Assembly: GCA_045594045.1 (NCBI GenBank)
Contig: JAZNXV010000008.1
Location: forward strand, 6,649 to 70,648
DNA: 64,000 nucleotides
Origin: Clostridia bacterium
Lineage (GTDB): Bacteria > Bacillota > Clostridia > Christensenellales > QALW01
Reading direction: 5' to 3'
The position numbers and the translations under genes are program-made. The notes under the pieces are model-generated. The model made no database searches. It was not told the DNA's origin and saw only the letters and a program-made list of their open reading frames with translations. Position 1 is the first letter of the stretch. Every line of letters begins with the position of its first letter. This document shows positions 63,250 to 64,000 of the stretch, one piece after another.

Positions 63250-64000
63250 TTAAAAACAGCTTTTTACAATTTCCTCTGTTATAGCAAAGCCGGAAGCGAT
63301 ACTGCTCTTTTTAAGCCATTCCTCTTTCGTGTGAACTCCGCCGCCAACGTAAACACCTGCGCAAATTGCGGGAACTCCAAGGGAATGAGGAATGTTGCAG
63401 TCCGTTGAGCCTGATTTAACTTCAACCTTGCATTTGCCGTGTTTTTCCTGAACAGTGCAAACAAAATCCGTCATATTTTTCATTTTTTCTGCATCAAGGT
63501 TTTTTTCGCAGGGACGGTCGCCCACAAGCTCAACAGTAACGTTAGCAAGGGTTGAAATATAATCAAAAATCTTATTGAATTCATTTTTCATAAACTCAAG
63601 ATTATCAAAGTTATCGCTACGGTATTCGCAAAGCATTTCTGCCTGCTGAATAATAGTATTCACAGAGGTGCCGCCTGAAATAACGCCTACGTTATACGTT
63701 GTGGTATCTTTTTCAGGCACCTTTATTTCGTAAATCAAACGAATTGCTTCTGCTAAAACTCTGGCGGCGTTTTCGTTGCCAAAATCGGAATAGGAATGAC
63801 CGCCGACGGTTTTGATGGTTACCTTGTATCTGTGAGAGCCAACGCTCTTGTTTACAACGTGATGATCTCTGCCGTCAAAGGTGTAAAACTCCTTGATTTT
63901 GTCACCAAAAACAGCAAAAATTTCCCTTGTGCCATTAAGGTTTCCAAGTCCCTCCTCGCAGGAATTAAGCACGAACAAAACGGAATTTTTCGGGGTTAAC
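63250..64000 (-). CDS. M20 family metallopeptidase, C-terminal part (N-terminus outside the window)
   Basis: The reading frame stays open to the window edge upstream of the listed TTG; LNSCEEGLGNLNG (metal-binding EE region), a dimerisation-domain-like middle section, C-terminal HT.EE. Confidence 0.7.
   Translation of the reverse strand, partial: LTPKNSVLFVLNSCEEGLGNLNGTREIFAVFGDKIKEFYTFDGRDHHVVNKSVGSHRYKVTIKTVGGHSYSDFGNENAARVLAEAIRLIYEIKVPEKDTTTYNVGVISGGTSVNTIIQQAEMLCEYRSDNFDNLEFMKNEFNKIFDYISTLANVTVELVGDRPCEKNLDAEKMKNMTDFVCTVQEKHGKCKVEVKSGSTDCNIPHSLGVPAICAGVYVGGGVHTKEEWLKKSSIASGFAITEEIVKSCF

Overview
64-kb chromosomal segment that looks like a low-GC Gram-positive anaerobe (Clostridia-like): AGGAGG-type RBSs, near-consensus sigma-A promoters (TTGACA-17-TATAAT, often with TGn), hairpin plus T-run terminators, lipobox lipoproteins, rubredoxin and a membrane pyrophosphatase. 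I support about 63 protein genes (one not in the ORF track, one truncated at the window edge) and 4 tRNAs. I saw no rRNA, CRISPR array, transposase or integrase. Layout: (1) 0.4-3 kb small hydrolase and GtrA genes; (2) 3.1-18.6 kb a LacI-controlled myo-inositol catabolic operon (Zn-ADH, iolE, two uncharacterised beta-propeller paralogues, iolG-J-C-D-B-A), then a DUF4432 epimerase-like gene and a GH1 beta-glucosidase; (3) 18.8-22.9 kb Na/Pi cotransporter and K+-type membrane pyrophosphatase; (4) 22.9-29.9 kb lipoate ligase plus a 2-oxoacid/acetoin-type dehydrogenase complex in the order E2-E3-fused E1(alpha-beta)-MBL hydrolase; (5) 30-38.8 kb tRNA-rich accessory patch with an orphan Card1/Can2-like CARF nuclease, an Avd-like four-helix-bundle gene, an odd mirrored ATGATG/CATCAT mini-hairpin array, an M23/DUF5050 wall protein with 17 x 21-bp repeats, RadC and a tRNA-Leu with the unusual anticodon AAG; (6) 38.9-51 kb transporters, rubredoxin-apt, cca and redox or unknown genes; (7) 51-55.7 kb an XRE-controlled trio of zinc-ribbon proteins, and a DUF4037 NTase/TPR/AAC(3) cluster; (8) 55.9-64 kb nagB, lyxose isomerase, LysR, a racemase, a large lipoprotein, CapA and an M20 peptidase. 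Product names come from motif and family recognition by eye. No database search was possible. Best candidates for new biology: the propeller pair inside the iol operon and the orphan CARF nuclease.
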